Assembly: GCF_036321535.1 (NCBI RefSeq) | Contig: NC_087446.1 | Location: forward strand, 2,976,001 to 3,040,000 | DNA from: Camelus dromedarius | Lineage: Eukaryota | Length of the DNA: 64,000 nucleotides | Direction: 5' to 3' | In this document: piece after piece, positions 50,111-64,000 of the stretch | How positions within the stretch are numbered: the stretch's first letter is position 1 | Layout of the letters: each line of letters begins with the position of its first letter | Position numbers and translations under genes: made by a program | The notes under the pieces: model-generated | Told to the model about the DNA's origin: nothing | The model's database searches: none | What the model saw: only the letters and a program-made list of their open reading frames with translations

Positions 50111-50414
50111 AGCAGGGGCCCAGAGGGCTCTAGACTGGAGGGCTGTTGGTCCAGGTGTCCGATCCCCATACCCTCCAGGTGGGGGCAGGGTGTCTGCTAG
50201 GGGCAAGGGTCCCCAAACACCCACTCTGGGTGCTCTTCCCCCTGTATCATGTCAGTACATAGTATGTGCTCAGTAAACACACCAATTAATAATTTGTTGC
50301 TCTTAACTCTATAAACTGTATCTTCCTCCATCTCTTTTCTTGGCCTCTCCTCTCTTCTAGCAGTGGCCTACCCATTAGAGGTTCATTTCTTCCTTGCCCC
50401 TATAGGGTTCTGCT

Positions 50415-50760
50415 TTATTTATTTATACACTCATTTATGGGTTCACTGACAGGTAGCACAGGCTCTGTTCTGGGTGATGCTGGGTGACGCAGATCTGTCC
50501 CTGACCTGAGGCAGTCACAGCTGGGGACAAAGGTGCAGTAGCAAAGGCAGGCGCCAAGGGCTGTGGGGCACCAGCCTGCTGTTGGGGAGCGGAGGCCTTC
50601 ATGGAGGAGGGGACCAGACTTCCTGCTTTTGGCCAAGGTGTGTCTTCCTTGGAACCAGGAGAGGGGAAGGCAGGCAGGGTGTGAGCAGGCTCTGTCAGGA
50701 GAGCTGGCAGGAGGGGACAGCTCAGGATGGGAGGGCAGGATGCCCCCTGGGATGTGTCCT
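50415..50760 (-). mobile_element. L2 3' end (antisense)
   Basis: tttatttatttatacactcatttatggg...caggctctgttctgggtgatgctggg...gccttcatggaggagggg. Confidence 0.55.
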
Positions 50761-50955
50761 TAGCTCCTGGGGACAGACAGCACCTCTCTTGAAATCCCAT
50801 TGTAATTACTCTGTTCTTGACCCGCGGCCCCACCCCACCCCACCCCCAAGTTCAAGGATAAGCCTGTCTCCCTAGCACCCAGCCCAGGCCTGGCCCATGG
50901 AAGAAGCTCAGAGGTACCCACCCAGCAACAGTCAGTCAAAGGAAGCAATTAACAA

Positions 50956-50961
50956 TTTATT
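50956..50961 (-). terminator. TTC38: TTC38 polyadenylation signal AATAAA (with adjacent ATTAAA)
   Basis: tttatt/tttaat on + strand about 750 nt after the TTC38 stop codon. Confidence 0.65.
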
Positions 50962-51702
50962 TTAATCCCAGGAATTTGTTGAATCGATTTGGAGGCATCC
51001 ACTGCCTCCCAGGAGACCTGCCCCCTCCCTGCCCCTGTGAGTCCCCACCAAATTTCAGTTTGCACTGAAGGAACCTGAGAAACATCTGTGAGCTGGAATC
51101 ACCCCTCACAGCACGACTGAGTTGGCACATTCTACTGAAACCTGCCGCTTGCTCAGGGGGTGGAAGGGCACCGGGGCCAGGTTACCCATGGGGAAGAAGG
51201 AGACCGAGGCAGTGTTTAAAAAGCTCTTGTTTAAAAAGCTCAGATCTTGTTAAATGCTTTGGTTTTTGCCACAACAGGGCAACCCCTGAGCTGAAGCCTT
51301 ATACCTCAGAAAGCACACCAACTCCATGAGCGTGCATTCGTATGATTAAAATCATGGTTGACAAGGGAAATCGTGTACCCAAGGCCTCTTTACAATGTGC
51401 AATTTAGAATAAAGAGAAAAAAAGCCCAAATCAGTGCCACTAATCCCTCCAGGGAAGCTTGAAGATGGAAAAATACAAGTTCCAAGGCAAGACCACCCAC
51501 ATCGGTTCTGATTGCTTACAACTGCACCTTGACCCTTAACAAGGATTTGAAGAAGATTCTGAATCACTTTGAAAATTGATTTGAGTCCCTCTTCCTGTAA
51601 TGCTGCTCTAGCTACTTGTAACCCTGTGAAGCCAGAGGGGCAGCTGGTCTGATGGCAGGGGAGGCTGCTGAGGGGCTCCCCCGGGCAGGCCCCAGGCCTG
51701 GC

Positions 51703-51796
51703 TCACTGCAGGAGGTGGACGGCGGCTGCCTTTCGGATAAGCCTCTCAGTCAAGGGTGAGTTGGGCTTCAGTGCATCTCGCTCCATCAGAAGGCTC
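51703..51796 (-). CDS. TTC38: TTC38 last exon (SLLMERDALKPNSPLTERLIRKAAAVHLLQ-stop)
   Basis: tag acceptor, TGA at 51705-51703; matches the recalled TTC38 C-terminus. Confidence 0.96.
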
Positions 51797-52948
51797 CTAG
51801 GGAAACAGATGGGGTCTGTGGTGGAACCTCCTAGAAGGGTGTGCAAGCCAGATGGTCCCTGCACCCCAGGCAGGACATACGCAGCATAGCTGAGGCTGAG
51901 GTGGGCAGAGAGCAAGACGTTCCCCTTCCCAAGTTGCTGGAGAGAAGGGACCGCATCGTGGCAGAGGGGAAGAGGGGATGGGATGGATAAAGGCAGAGGC
52001 AGGAGGCCTGGCCTTGGTGGGGACACCAGAGGGAAGGTCGGGGGAGGTGTGAGGATGAGAAAGTGCGGAATTCCAGGGCCCACCGTGTGCAGGCCTGTAG
52101 GACAGCGCCCCCCCCCCCCAGCATGGACCACATCGCCCCCACTCCAACCCCTACCCCCATGCTGGCCCCAGCTCCCCTGCCCAACTCTCACCCTCCTCTG
52201 TCCAAACAGCCCCACCTTCCCTGCCCAGCCACCACCCTGACACCCCTAGTCCTCTAGCCACACCCCTCCTCCTAACCAGACCACCCTGGCCTGGGTAAAC
52301 CTGCCTGGTTTCAGCACCCCCCTCAACTGTCACCTCTGCAGGGCACCCTCCTTCTCTGGTTCCCACCCACTCAGTGCCTTCATCAGAGTGTCTTGGAACA
52401 ATATGCCTGTGCTCGTGGCGGTTTTACATACATCTGTGGGATGAATTGCTTAGTGTCAGTTCCCACGTGAGAGGTAAGCTCCACGCAGCCTGGGCCTGGG
52501 TCTGCCTGCTGCCCACCACACCCCCCGGCACACAGCACAGTCTGGTAGGAAGACGTGCACTGCAGCCTGAAGGATCGGTAGGCATCAGCAGATGAAGAAG
52601 GAGAAAGTGTTTACCAGGCAGAGGGTGCAGCATGTGCAAAGGCCCAGGGGCCTGAAACAGTAACGAGCTCAGCATGGCTAGACTGAGGAGTGAGCTGGGG
52701 CAGACAGGAGTGGTGGCCTAGGAGTGGGGGTAGCTGGTACCCTTTGGTCAAGTTGAAAATACGAAGAAGGGAGAACCAGGTACCCCATAGCCTCACATCT
52801 CCACAGCCTCCAAGGGGGGCACCACCTCCGGCCAAGGGAGGTGGGAGCCTCCGGGCCCCTGGAAGCTGGTAGGGAGCCCTCCGAGTGAGAGGGCGGATGT
52901 GCCCAGAGTCCTTCCCAGCCGGGCTTTGGGACCAGAACGAGGAACTCA

Positions 52949-53461
<513 letters not shown>

Positions 53462-54120
53462 TCACAGCACATCTGTCTCCCTGCCTGACTCAGGCCCTGG
53501 TGTCCCTGGCGCTGTGCCTGACACAGTGGGTGCTTTGAGCAGGTGAGTTGGCAGAAGTCAAGCAGCCAAGGAGGGGAGAAGACAGAGCTAGAAACTCAGG
53601 ACAATTTGGGCAGGTACTCCAGTTTCTGGCCTCAGTCTGCTCATCTGTAAAGTGGGAGTAACAGTGCTGACCTCGCAGGGCGGTGCAGGTGAAGGCCTGG
53701 CACTGGAGCAGGCGCCAACCCCTGTGGACAGCTCTGGCAAGCTTTGCCTTCCTGTGGCCCTCAGGTGGTGGCTGATCTGGGTCATGAAGGCCGGGGGCCT
53801 GAAGCTCTGTTCCCAGCCAAAGCCCCAGTTCCGGGGGCTCGGCCCTGGGACGAGAGGCAGGGCAAGCGGCCATGGCGGTGGTCACCCTCCACCAGGAGCC
53901 TGGGACAAACACGAGGGATCACAGGCCCCACAGCTCTAGCACTACAGGCAGGAGATGGGGGCTGGCTGCATCCCTGGCGGCCCTGTGCTGTGCAGAGCCC
54001 ACCCCCCTGAACGCGCTCTGGCTCCCACCAGTGCCAGGAACTGCGCCAGGGAGGTGCGTGACCACGTCACTGCACTCACCCTCCCACCAGCCTGCCTCAG
54101 CAGATGAGGGAACAGGCTCA

Positions 54121-54768
<648 letters not shown>

Positions 54769-54967
54769 CTACATTAACTTTGTTTAATCATAAGAGCAAC
54801 AGATGTGTAAGATAGAAAGCAAATTAAAAAAAAAAAAAAACTATGGAAGGGCGTTAAGTCTCTGGCTCCTCTGACAAACCCCAAAACCACTTTAAAATGC
54901 TTCCCGTGGTTACCGCTGAGATGGCGCCTGGGCAGAGCAGGTGCCCAGTAAGAATCTGCAGAGTTAT

Positions 54968-55041
54968 GGGGGTGGGTATAGAGCCATGCTTAGCATGCAC
55001 AAGGTCCTGAGTTCAATCTGCAGTAACTCTATAAAAAAAAA
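54968..55041 (+). mobile_element. Degenerate tRNA-Ala-derived SINE (A-box region deleted)
   Basis: gagccatgcttagcatgcacaaggtcctgagttcaatc core followed by an A tail. Confidence 0.75.
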
Positions 55042-55054
55042 GCTTTTTTAAATG

Positions 55055-55177
55055 AGGAGGAAGGTATACTGCAGTGGTAAAGCGCATGCTTAGCATGCAC
55101 GAGATCCTGGGTTCAGTTCTCAGTGCCTCCGTGAAAGATAAGTAAATAAATAAGTAAATCAAATCCCCTTCTCCCCG
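55055..55177 (+). mobile_element. Second tRNA-Ala-derived SINE, directly after the first
   Basis: cagtggtaaagcgcatgcttagcatgcacgagatcctgggttca core plus a taaataaa tail. Confidence 0.8.
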
Positions 55178-55185
55178 TAAAATAA

Positions 55186-55255
55186 GAAAAGGAAGGAAGG
55201 GAGGGAGGGAGGGAGGGAGGAGGAAGGAAAGGAAGAAAGAAAAGAAAAGAAAGAA
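55186..55255 (+). repeat. Polypurine microsatellite (GGAA/GGGA/GAAA)n
   Basis: About 70 nt of uninterrupted purines extending the SINE tail. Confidence 0.9.
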
Positions 55256-56587
55256 TTAATCTGCGGCATCAGTGATAGCGTCCTCCCACCTTTGGGCCTG
55301 GATTCCCAGCTCTAGCTGGCCCCTGCTTGGGCTCTGATCCATCACCACCACCCCCTCCTGTCCCGCTCCACTTCTAGAAGTTACCGGGTCCTCCCCCTGC
55401 TCCTCTCGGGTTCCTCCCTTGACCTTGCTGTTGCCCTTGACCTCCATTTCTCAGCACCTCCATCAAACTGGATGACGCTCTTGTACTGTGAGGGGGCGAG
55501 GGGCCTTTCTCTTCCCTCCCCCTGCCCCGCGGCACCTCCACTGCATCTCCCAGCCTCCAGACCAGTGCCCCGTGCCTCCTGGAGCCTCTCCTCACACGCA
55601 CTCAGGGGGCCCAGGCTGGTGGCCTCAGCTCCACCTCCACAGGTCAGGGATCCTAGGGTCAACAGGACTTGACTCCCCCTGGGCCTCTCCCTCTCCACCC
55701 AGTCCTGGATGGTGCTGGCTGGACAAGGACACAGGCCTCCGCCAGCCCAGCTCCCTGCTTCATTACCTGGAGGACGAGAGCTCCTCGCTGTTCTCCCACC
55801 CCCTCAAGGATGCCCTGGCCTCCAGCCTGGCCTCCCCGACTCGGCCCCCACTGCTCAGTCTTTCTCAGAGCCAGGTCGGACAGGGCCTGCCCAGCCCTGC
55901 CTCCCAGGCTCCCCACAGACCCAGATAAAAATCGAACTCCTCGCCCTCCCTTCCTGCCTCCCAGTCTCCTCTGCCCCGTCTGACCCCCCAACCCTCCAGT
56001 CACTCGTCCTCATAATAGGGAACCAGCTTCTGTGTCTTGGGGGCTTCAGAGAGGCTGCTCTCAGACTGTAACATCCTTCCCTGTCGCTGCCTGGCCAAAC
56101 CCTACATTCCCTTCTGTGGTTCACGGTTAACCTCCTCTAGGGAGCCTTCCTGGAACCCTCTGAAAACAGTTGGTCCTGCCCAGGCCTCATCCCCACGTTG
56201 TCCGGCTGACCCAGGACTAGAGTAGGTACAGGTTTGGCTCTGCTGAACCTAGGGGAGAGGGGAGAGCCATCTGGCACCCTCAGTGGTGGGCTGGAAGCCT
56301 TCTGTAGCCCTGAGGACTGTGGCCAACCCCACCCAGAGCATCCTACCTGCAGAGATGAGGTGACACTGTTGAGAAACCTCTCCCTCTGAAATCCCAGGAG
56401 GTTGAGAAACTCACCTGCCTTGTTCTAAGCTCTGCCTCTCCCCTGTGGCCTGCAGGTCGGGTGGGTAGGCTGTGGGAACAGCAAGTGCCACCCAGGTTCT
56501 GAGCCCCAGGCCTGCACAGGTGAGAACCAGGGGAAAGGGCAGTGATGGCCTGGGCCCACTGGCCTCAAGCCAGCTGGAAGGCAGCTA

Positions 56588-56899
<312 letters not shown>

Positions 56900-57339
56900 T
56901 CAGCAAACAGGAGCCACCACCATCATCCCCTCCACCCTAACTATCGGGACAGTCCTCACCAAGAGCCTGGACCACTCCAGGCACTAGAGAGACACTAAGC
57001 AGACTTTGAGAAAGAGCCCACGGCACTGGGCACCAGAGGGAGCACGTGCCAGGCCCTGGAACCTGGCACCTCCTGCTCCCGGCCCCAGACCACGCTGGTC
57101 GCCCATTCACGATGCTACATCCAGTTGGTCTGCACCGCATGGCACACAGCTCTCGTCACCCTTCATTTCTTAGCACGAAATCCTGGCATCTAGAAAGGAT
57201 GACTTAAAGGAAACTTTACAGAACTGTTTCTCTCTGGGGTTTAGGTTCCCAGATCTCAGGCATTTTTGTGATCCCAGGCTCCGTTATGAAGCCCGCCCTG
57301 GGGTCTCCCACAGCTGTGAGCGAGCCTTTTCTTCCTCTC

Positions 57340-57552
57340 TTAAACACATACTTAGGGGCTGGAGGGAGGAGGGGTGGGGAGTTAGTGTTTAGTAGGCAAG
57401 GAGTTTCAGTTTGGGAAGATGAAAAAGCTCCAGAAATGGATAATGGTGACGGATGCACAACAGTGTGAAGGTACTTAACGCCACAGACCCGTACACTCAA
57501 AACCGGTTAAAATGGTAAAATATGGTGTGTATATGTCACTATAATAAAAAAA
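57340..57552 (+). mobile_element. L1MB-type 3' end fragment
   Basis: gtttcagtttgggaagatgaaaaagctccagaaatggataatggtgacggatgcacaacagtgtgaag motif ending in an A tail. Confidence 0.75.
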
Positions 57553-57607
57553 ATTCTTATGGGCAGACCAATGATTTTACCAAAGAAAAGCAACCTAAAA
57601 TGACTGG

Positions 57608-57960
57608 AGACTATCTATAAAATAGATAAGGAGGGAGGGTATAACTCAGTGGTAGAGCGCCTGCTTAGCATGCACAAGGTCCTGGGTTCAATCCCCAGGA
57701 CCTCCATTAAAAAATAATGATTTAAAAATAAATTAAACTTAATTACCTCCTCCCAAAACAAAAACAAATAAAAAAAGCAAAAAAAGATAAACAACAAGGT
57801 CCTACTGTACAGCACAGGGAACAATATTCAATTTCTTATAACACAGTGAAAAAAAATCTGAAAAGAAAAAATATATATATATGTACGTATAACTGAATCA
57901 CTTTGCTGTACACCTGAAATTAACATTGTAAACCATCTACACTTCAATAAAAAATTAAAC
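57608..57960 (+). mobile_element. Cetartiodactyl-type L1 3' UTR end (split by the SINE)
   Basis: gataaacaacaaggtcctactgtacagcacagggaac...gtataactgaatcactttgctgtacacctgaaattaacattgtaaa...cttcaataaaa matches the recalled L1_Art-type terminus. Confidence 0.8.
57630..57780 (+). mobile_element. tRNA-Ala-derived SINE inserted in an L1 3' end
   Basis: Full head with A and B boxes and an aattacctcc tail; flanked by aaaatagataa / aaaaagataa (imperfect TSD). Confidence 0.85.
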
Positions 57961-58244
57961 AAAAAACCAAAACGCCTGGAGAAAAGCCTGAGGTTTCACA
58001 GCTGACCAGCTGAGACGTGTACTCTACCAACGCCTGCGGTGAACAGAGCCAACAGTGTCTTTGTCCCCGCCTGGGTCACGGCGCCACTTCGGGTGAGAGT
58101 CTGTGGCGTGAGGTCTTACGCAGAGCCGCGCGCCCGCGCCAGCTGTGGGTCTGGCTGGGGCCGTGCTGACGCGCTCAGAGATCTGTTAGGCCCTGACCAG
58201 CCCATCGCTGCAATAAACCGCATCGCGTGCGCACGGGGACTTAC

Positions 58245-58283
58245 GTGGTCATCGCAGATGGTCAACGCGGCCTCGTATTCGCC
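58245..58283 (-). CDS. TTC38: TTC38 39-nt exon (GEYEAALTICDDH)
   Basis: tttcccag/GTAAGT boundaries, in phase with both neighbours. Not captured by the ORF track. Confidence 0.93.
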
Positions 58284-59043
58284 CTGGGAAACGAAGTTTC
58301 AGCTCAGCACGTGGAGGTGGTGAAACGCACCGCTGAGAAACAAACTGAGGACGCCTCGCCAACCCCCACCCCGCCCTGCCCGGCGCCCCACATCACGTTA
58401 CAAAGGGCTGGGCCTCGCTGCGGCGGGCCTCCGGATGGGAGAAGGGGATGGGGAACCCACGTCGGCTCCCGCCCTTCACTCCCCAGACTGTGCTGCTGCG
58501 GAGGGAACACTTTCTGTGAAAGCATTATGGTCCCTACGAAGTGCCTGTCAAATGGCTGCGGGCTTTTCCATGTGTTTTATTTTCCCCTCTGTTTTCCCTA
58601 CTGCCTGTTCAGTTGGGCTCCCTGCTTATTTGGAGACACTGTGTCACTGCATTCTGCATGTCACTACGGGTCCTCACCTTCCAGGGACTTCTATTTGGCC
58701 GTGTCGGGAGCTTCTAGATTTTTCTCTATGATAAATGGCACCACAAGAAACACCCCTATGAATGAGACCCAGTGGTGGAATCACTGAGGCCAAGGGTGTC
58801 CCCACACCCTCGCTCCCACTGGGGAAAGGCGTTCAGGGTCCCGTGGCTCATCAGGTATGCTCCGTGGGGTTGGGGCTCAGCAGAGAAGCCCTCAGTCTAA
58901 CTTGTCCCCACAAACGGCACATGATATACATGATTTCTGAGTCCAGACAGTGGAAAATACTGGAAGTATTTAAGCCTGAGAAGCTATTTGAAAACGTTAA
59001 TGCCCTATTGCACCAGGACACCATTTAAATGTGCAAACACTCA

Positions 59044-59367
<324 letters not shown>

Positions 59368-60943
59368 CTACATCTCCCTATCCTACGCCTAGCAAACACC
59401 TACTCATCCTTCAGCACTCACCTCATAGGTTGCCTCCTCCAGGAAGCCTTCCCTGACCACTTCCCCCACTAGCCCAGTTGGGTAGGATGCCTACTCCAGG
59501 TTTCCGTGGCCCCAAGAGTGCCCGTGTCCTGGTGTGGTCAGCTACTGGGAAGCTGCTCACTCCATTTGACAGGCAGGTCTTTTGAAGACAGAGAGGTCTG
59601 GGCTGGACTCTCAGTGGGGTTCCCAGGGCAGGGTACAGCCTGAGGCAGTGCCTGGAGCCTGGACTGTGGCAGCAGCCAAATGCCTGGGGCAGGTGCAGGA
59701 GGAGGAGGAAAGGGAGCCCCAGGCTACACCGTCCATCCCAGGGCTGTCCAGCCAGGCTGGAGGCTGCCAGGAGCCACAATCAGGGACATGTGCTGGCATC
59801 AGGGGATTAGGGCGTGCTGGGAGATTACCCAGTGATCCCGGGCCACTTCATTTTACCCAATCAGACCAACACTAATGGGGACTCATTTGGGGCCAATGGC
59901 TTCACAGTTGTCACGACAGCAGGCTTTCAGATAAGGAAACTGAGGCTCAGAGGGTTCACCTTCCTGCCCTAGGGTAGAGTCAGGCATCAAGCACCCAGGC
60001 CCAGGAAAATCAGAGTCTGAAGGCAGGAAGAAAATGGGCTACCAGTGCCCTAGCCAGGCCTCCCTGGCCTCTCTCGGGGAGGACGTGGCCACATGGGCGC
60101 CCCCTCCACCCACAGTCAGTGCTCCCACAAGAACCAGCAGTACCTGCCGGGGGAGCCTAGGACGGGGGCCCACCCCACACTGCACCCCGACTCCCAGGAC
60201 CTAGCTTTGTGCCCAGTGTTTGGGGATCCTTAGAAAGATCTGAGTGTGATCTGATGAGATTAGAGTTAGGTCAATGATCTAATGAGATTATAGTCAAAGG
60301 TTGCCTCACACCTGTTCACCTGCTCTACCTAACACCACTCCCTGGGAAGCCAGGAATCGGCCGTCTTGTAAATTATTTCTCTCCGGCAGGTCCCAGGCCA
60401 GGGAGCTGCCAGGAGGAACCCAGTTGGCCACGCCAACCCCCTGCTCCCTGCCCGGTTTTTGGTCTCTCCTTGGTTTGCTCAATCACTAGCACCTGCTGCT
60501 GGGTGCCAGACCCTGGCAGAGACCACCTCGGCTGGGGTGCCCTGGGAAGCCCACCACGGCACAGAGAAGGGCAGGGCAGCAGACCACACCTGGGCAGGTG
60601 GCCAGGCTGTGTGCCAGAGACTAACGCAAGGACTGCAGGCGCAGGCAGAGGAGGCAGGGCCACTGCAGCGGTGCAGGTGAGTGCCGGGAGTGGGAGCAGT
60701 GAGGCCCCAAGGAAGGGCCTGGCCAGCCCCGCAGACAGTCGCCAGGCCATCATCCCTGTACCAGCCCCTGAGGGAGAGTGCTCCTTGGTTCTGGGGCCTC
60801 GCTGAGCCCACTGGCCGGTGGTGGAAGAGGCAGTTCAGAGCCCCCGTGGTTCTCACCCCGGCCAGGCTCCTATTTCCCCGGCAAATTTCTCACCAATTCC
60901 TTCCTATAACCAATGCCTCAGGCCACAACCAATTCTAGAATCA

Positions 60944-61258
<315 letters not shown>

Positions 61259-61449
61259 CTACGTTGGGGTGGGGGGTGGAACACAAGTCAAATAATATGG
61301 GCGAGTCAGGCTGCCAGGTGACAAAGTCTCCCCAAGTCATGCAGGGGCACGAGGGGCCCGAGCAAGTGCGGGGACTGGGCTCTGCCTCAAATCAACAAGG
61401 ACCCCAAAGACCATCTCGGTGGCCAAATGCAGGATGCAGCCAACATCGC

Positions 61450-61510
61450 CCATTTCACAGATGAGGAAACTAAGGCTCAGGGAGGCAAAGTGACTTGCCC
61501 GGGGCCACAC
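61450..61510 (-). mobile_element. MIR core fragment
   Basis: ccatttcacagatgaggaaactaaggctcagggaggcaaagtgacttgccc. Confidence 0.75.
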
Positions 61511-64000
61511 TGGGCAGCAGAGGGGTCTTTCCAAAGCAGGGGCTCATCCAACTTGCCGGCCCCACTGCCTCCTGCATACAGCTGAGTCACCTGCAAAGTG
61601 CCATGCAGTTTTCCCCATGGTGAGAAATAACGCCACCTCTCTCCTAGGGCTGCCGTGGAGGCAAAGTGGATGCTGAGTGTGTGTTTCAGGGCCTCTCGGC
61701 TGCCCCTTCCCACTGACACACATGCAAGGACCACCCCATGTGGCTTTCCAGGCTCGTTCTGATAGTATGGCTAATAACAATGACAGCTGCTCACGTGACT
61801 AGTGACCTTGACAGTGACAACAAGGTAGGGGGGACAAGGGGCCTGCCTGCAACCCTGTAGTGGGTAGTTCACTTCAGGGTTACTGAGTGCTTACTGAATC
61901 CCCGCACAGAGCAGTAAGCAGGGGCTCGCCGTGGTCCTGTGGACCATCCACACGAGCCCAGGTCCCCCACCCCAGATCTCGGCTTCCCCCAGCCCTGTTG
62001 CCTCAGTCCCCCATGCCTTTCACAGGAGCAGAATTGGGAAGGCACCTGCTGCGAGGTCTGTGCTGATGGACTGTCCCCAGCAAGTCCTGCCTCCCTGCTC
62101 CAGCCCCTGCTTGCCTGGGCCCACCCAGTGCACGAATGGGACGCTGAGAACAGCACGTCTGCAGGGACAATGGGCAGCCTGGGGCAGAGCCCTACAGGAC
62201 CAGGACACTTTGGGAGGCCATAGGGGTGCAACTAAGCAGGCCCTGGCAGTGGGGACCCGCTAAGCATGCTGCGCAGGACAGAGGTTCAGGGCGGCAGGGC
62301 TGATCTCGCCCGCTGCTGAGATTAAGCCACTACCTGCCTCCGAGGGGCTCCTGGCCAGCTTCCCAGGTCCCCTGGGACAGAGTACAGGAACCTGCCAGCC
62401 CCCCAGCCATTGTCCCCAGAGCACGCCCTTCCCACCTGCGACCTCAGCCTCGGCCAATCGGGCGCTCCCTGGCCCTGAGCTCCGAGGCCCTGCCTGCAGC
62501 TGTTTCCCTGACAGGGCTTGAGGGGTCCAGACGGCCCAGCACCACTGCCTTCCTGTCCAGGGGTTCGGCCTGCGGATGCGGCCCACGTGTCACCACCACG
62601 AGGCCTCTCTAGAGCTGGGGGCAGCCACCCTCACTCTCCTAGAAGCCTGGCCTGGCCCAGTAATAGCCTGGCATGCTGGTGCTGGGGTCTGAGTGTGGGC
62701 ACCTGCAGGAGTGGGTATAGAAGGAGGGCGTGAAGGGAGCAGAGGGGGCACCCTGTCCCCACCCCACTGCTCTCTGCTCCTGGCAGGGCATGAGCCTGCC
62801 TGCACCTTTCGGCCACCTTCTGGTTTCCCGAAACTTCCTGACAGCCCCTGGGTGCCCAGATAGACGCCACTCGACACGAGGGCCCAGCTGCCATGTGGGC
62901 CCTTCCTGCAGCCGACTACCCAGACGGTGCGGCCCAGTCACCAGGCCCTGGAGCCAAGACTGCCATGAGGCCCTCCCCCATGCCCCCCATTTCTGTAAGT
63001 GGAGTTGTCTTCAGAGACCCCACAGGCCCTGGGGACCCTCAAAGGGCGTTGGCTGTTTCTTAGAGAGGGGTGCTGGGAGCCAGCTATGGAAACGTCTCAG
63101 GGAAGAGCGCTGGCTGGGTGCTGGGGAGGAGTCTGGTCCAGGCAGCGTGGTCTGTGCTCGGGTCAGGAGGCCTGTGTGAGCATGACTCAGCGTTTCAACT
63201 GCGTGGCCGTGGACCTTGGCCTCTCGGAGCCTTGGCGTCCTCCTCTGGGCAATGAGGAGTTCACTGCCTCGTGGCAGGGGCTGAGCAGATGGGAGTGGTG
63301 TGTATACTGAGTGCCAGCCCTGAGCCAGGCACAGGAGCGGCTATCCTTACCCACCCCCATGTGCATGGTGGCCCCTCCCTGGGCCCCAGGTTCTACTCCT
63401 GCGAGACGAGGAGCTGGAGGAGAGGGACCTTGAGAACCAGAGATACCATGGCACCCAGGCCTGCAAGTGAGGGACGGCCTTAGTGCAGACAGGGTACCAG
63501 CCAGCCCATCTCACCAGCACAGAGGGAGGGGTCTGGGCCCTCGGGAAGTGCTTAGCAAACCCACCCTACTCTGCCCCTCTGGGTTGGGTCGGTGGTCAAG
63601 AGATGGGCTGGCCGGCAGGACCCCAACACCAGGTCAGGGCCCACCCAGAAGCAGCCTCACTCATCACCCATCACTCAGCTCCCGGGCTCTCGGGGCGTCA
63701 CTAACACTTAGAAATGTGAGGTTCCAGGTGGGAGGACCAACGCTGACACACGCTTCCCCACCTACAAGTCTGGTTCCAGCAGCGCAAACTGCAGGCCCTG
63801 GGGACAGGGCTGGGGGCACCGTGTGGCCCTGAGTGGGAGAGAGGAAGTCGGAGCCTCCCTGGGCCTCATTCACCTCCCTCGCCTGTGCAGGCCGCCTGCA
63901 GGGCCACATGGCTCAGGTGGCAGGAGGCAGCTGCTCTGTCAACACGAGCCCTCCCGGTAGGAAACGAGGCCGAGGAGGGGGGCCATGCTGGGGTCACCCA

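Noticed and set aside
51213-51242. 15-bp tandem duplication (tgtttaaaaagctc) in the TTC38 3'UTR
   Set aside because: A common slippage product with no motif of obvious consequence.
58245-58283. TTC38 TICDDH versus recalled human TIYDTH
   Set aside because: Isolated substitutions with no known functional assignment; the frame is intact, so there is no sign of pseudogenisation.

Overview
GC-rich mammalian genomic DNA. It is probably camelid, inferred from five tRNA-Ala-derived SINEs of the vic-1 type plus a cetartiodactyl-type L1 3' end. The window covers the conserved block syntenic to human 22q13.31. On the + strand it holds the last two exons and 3'UTR of CELSR1. On the - strand it holds the complete TRMU gene (11 coding exons, 1266 nt, 421 aa), the complete GTSE1 gene (11 coding exons, 2163 nt, 720 aa) and the last 8 coding exons of TTC38. 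All exon boundaries were placed by hand on GT/AG sites, and the reading phases join. The rest is introns and intergenic DNA with old repeats (L1, L2, MIR, MLT1, MER5A, MER44/Tigger7) and two CpG-island promoters. I see no convincing undescribed gene system, and the long ORFs in the track that do not coincide with these exons look like GC-content artefacts. The best leads are: a near-consensus CTCF motif inside TRMU exon 9, with a divergently oriented partner in GTSE1; a strong-context in-frame ATG 52 codons upstream of the weak-context TRMU start; erosion of the GTSE1 clathrin-binding LID motifs; alternative CELSR1 C-termini with and without a PDZ ligand; and a clustered set of miR-124 sites in the CELSR1 3'UTR. 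Orthologue comparisons and repeat family names come from recall, not from database searches.
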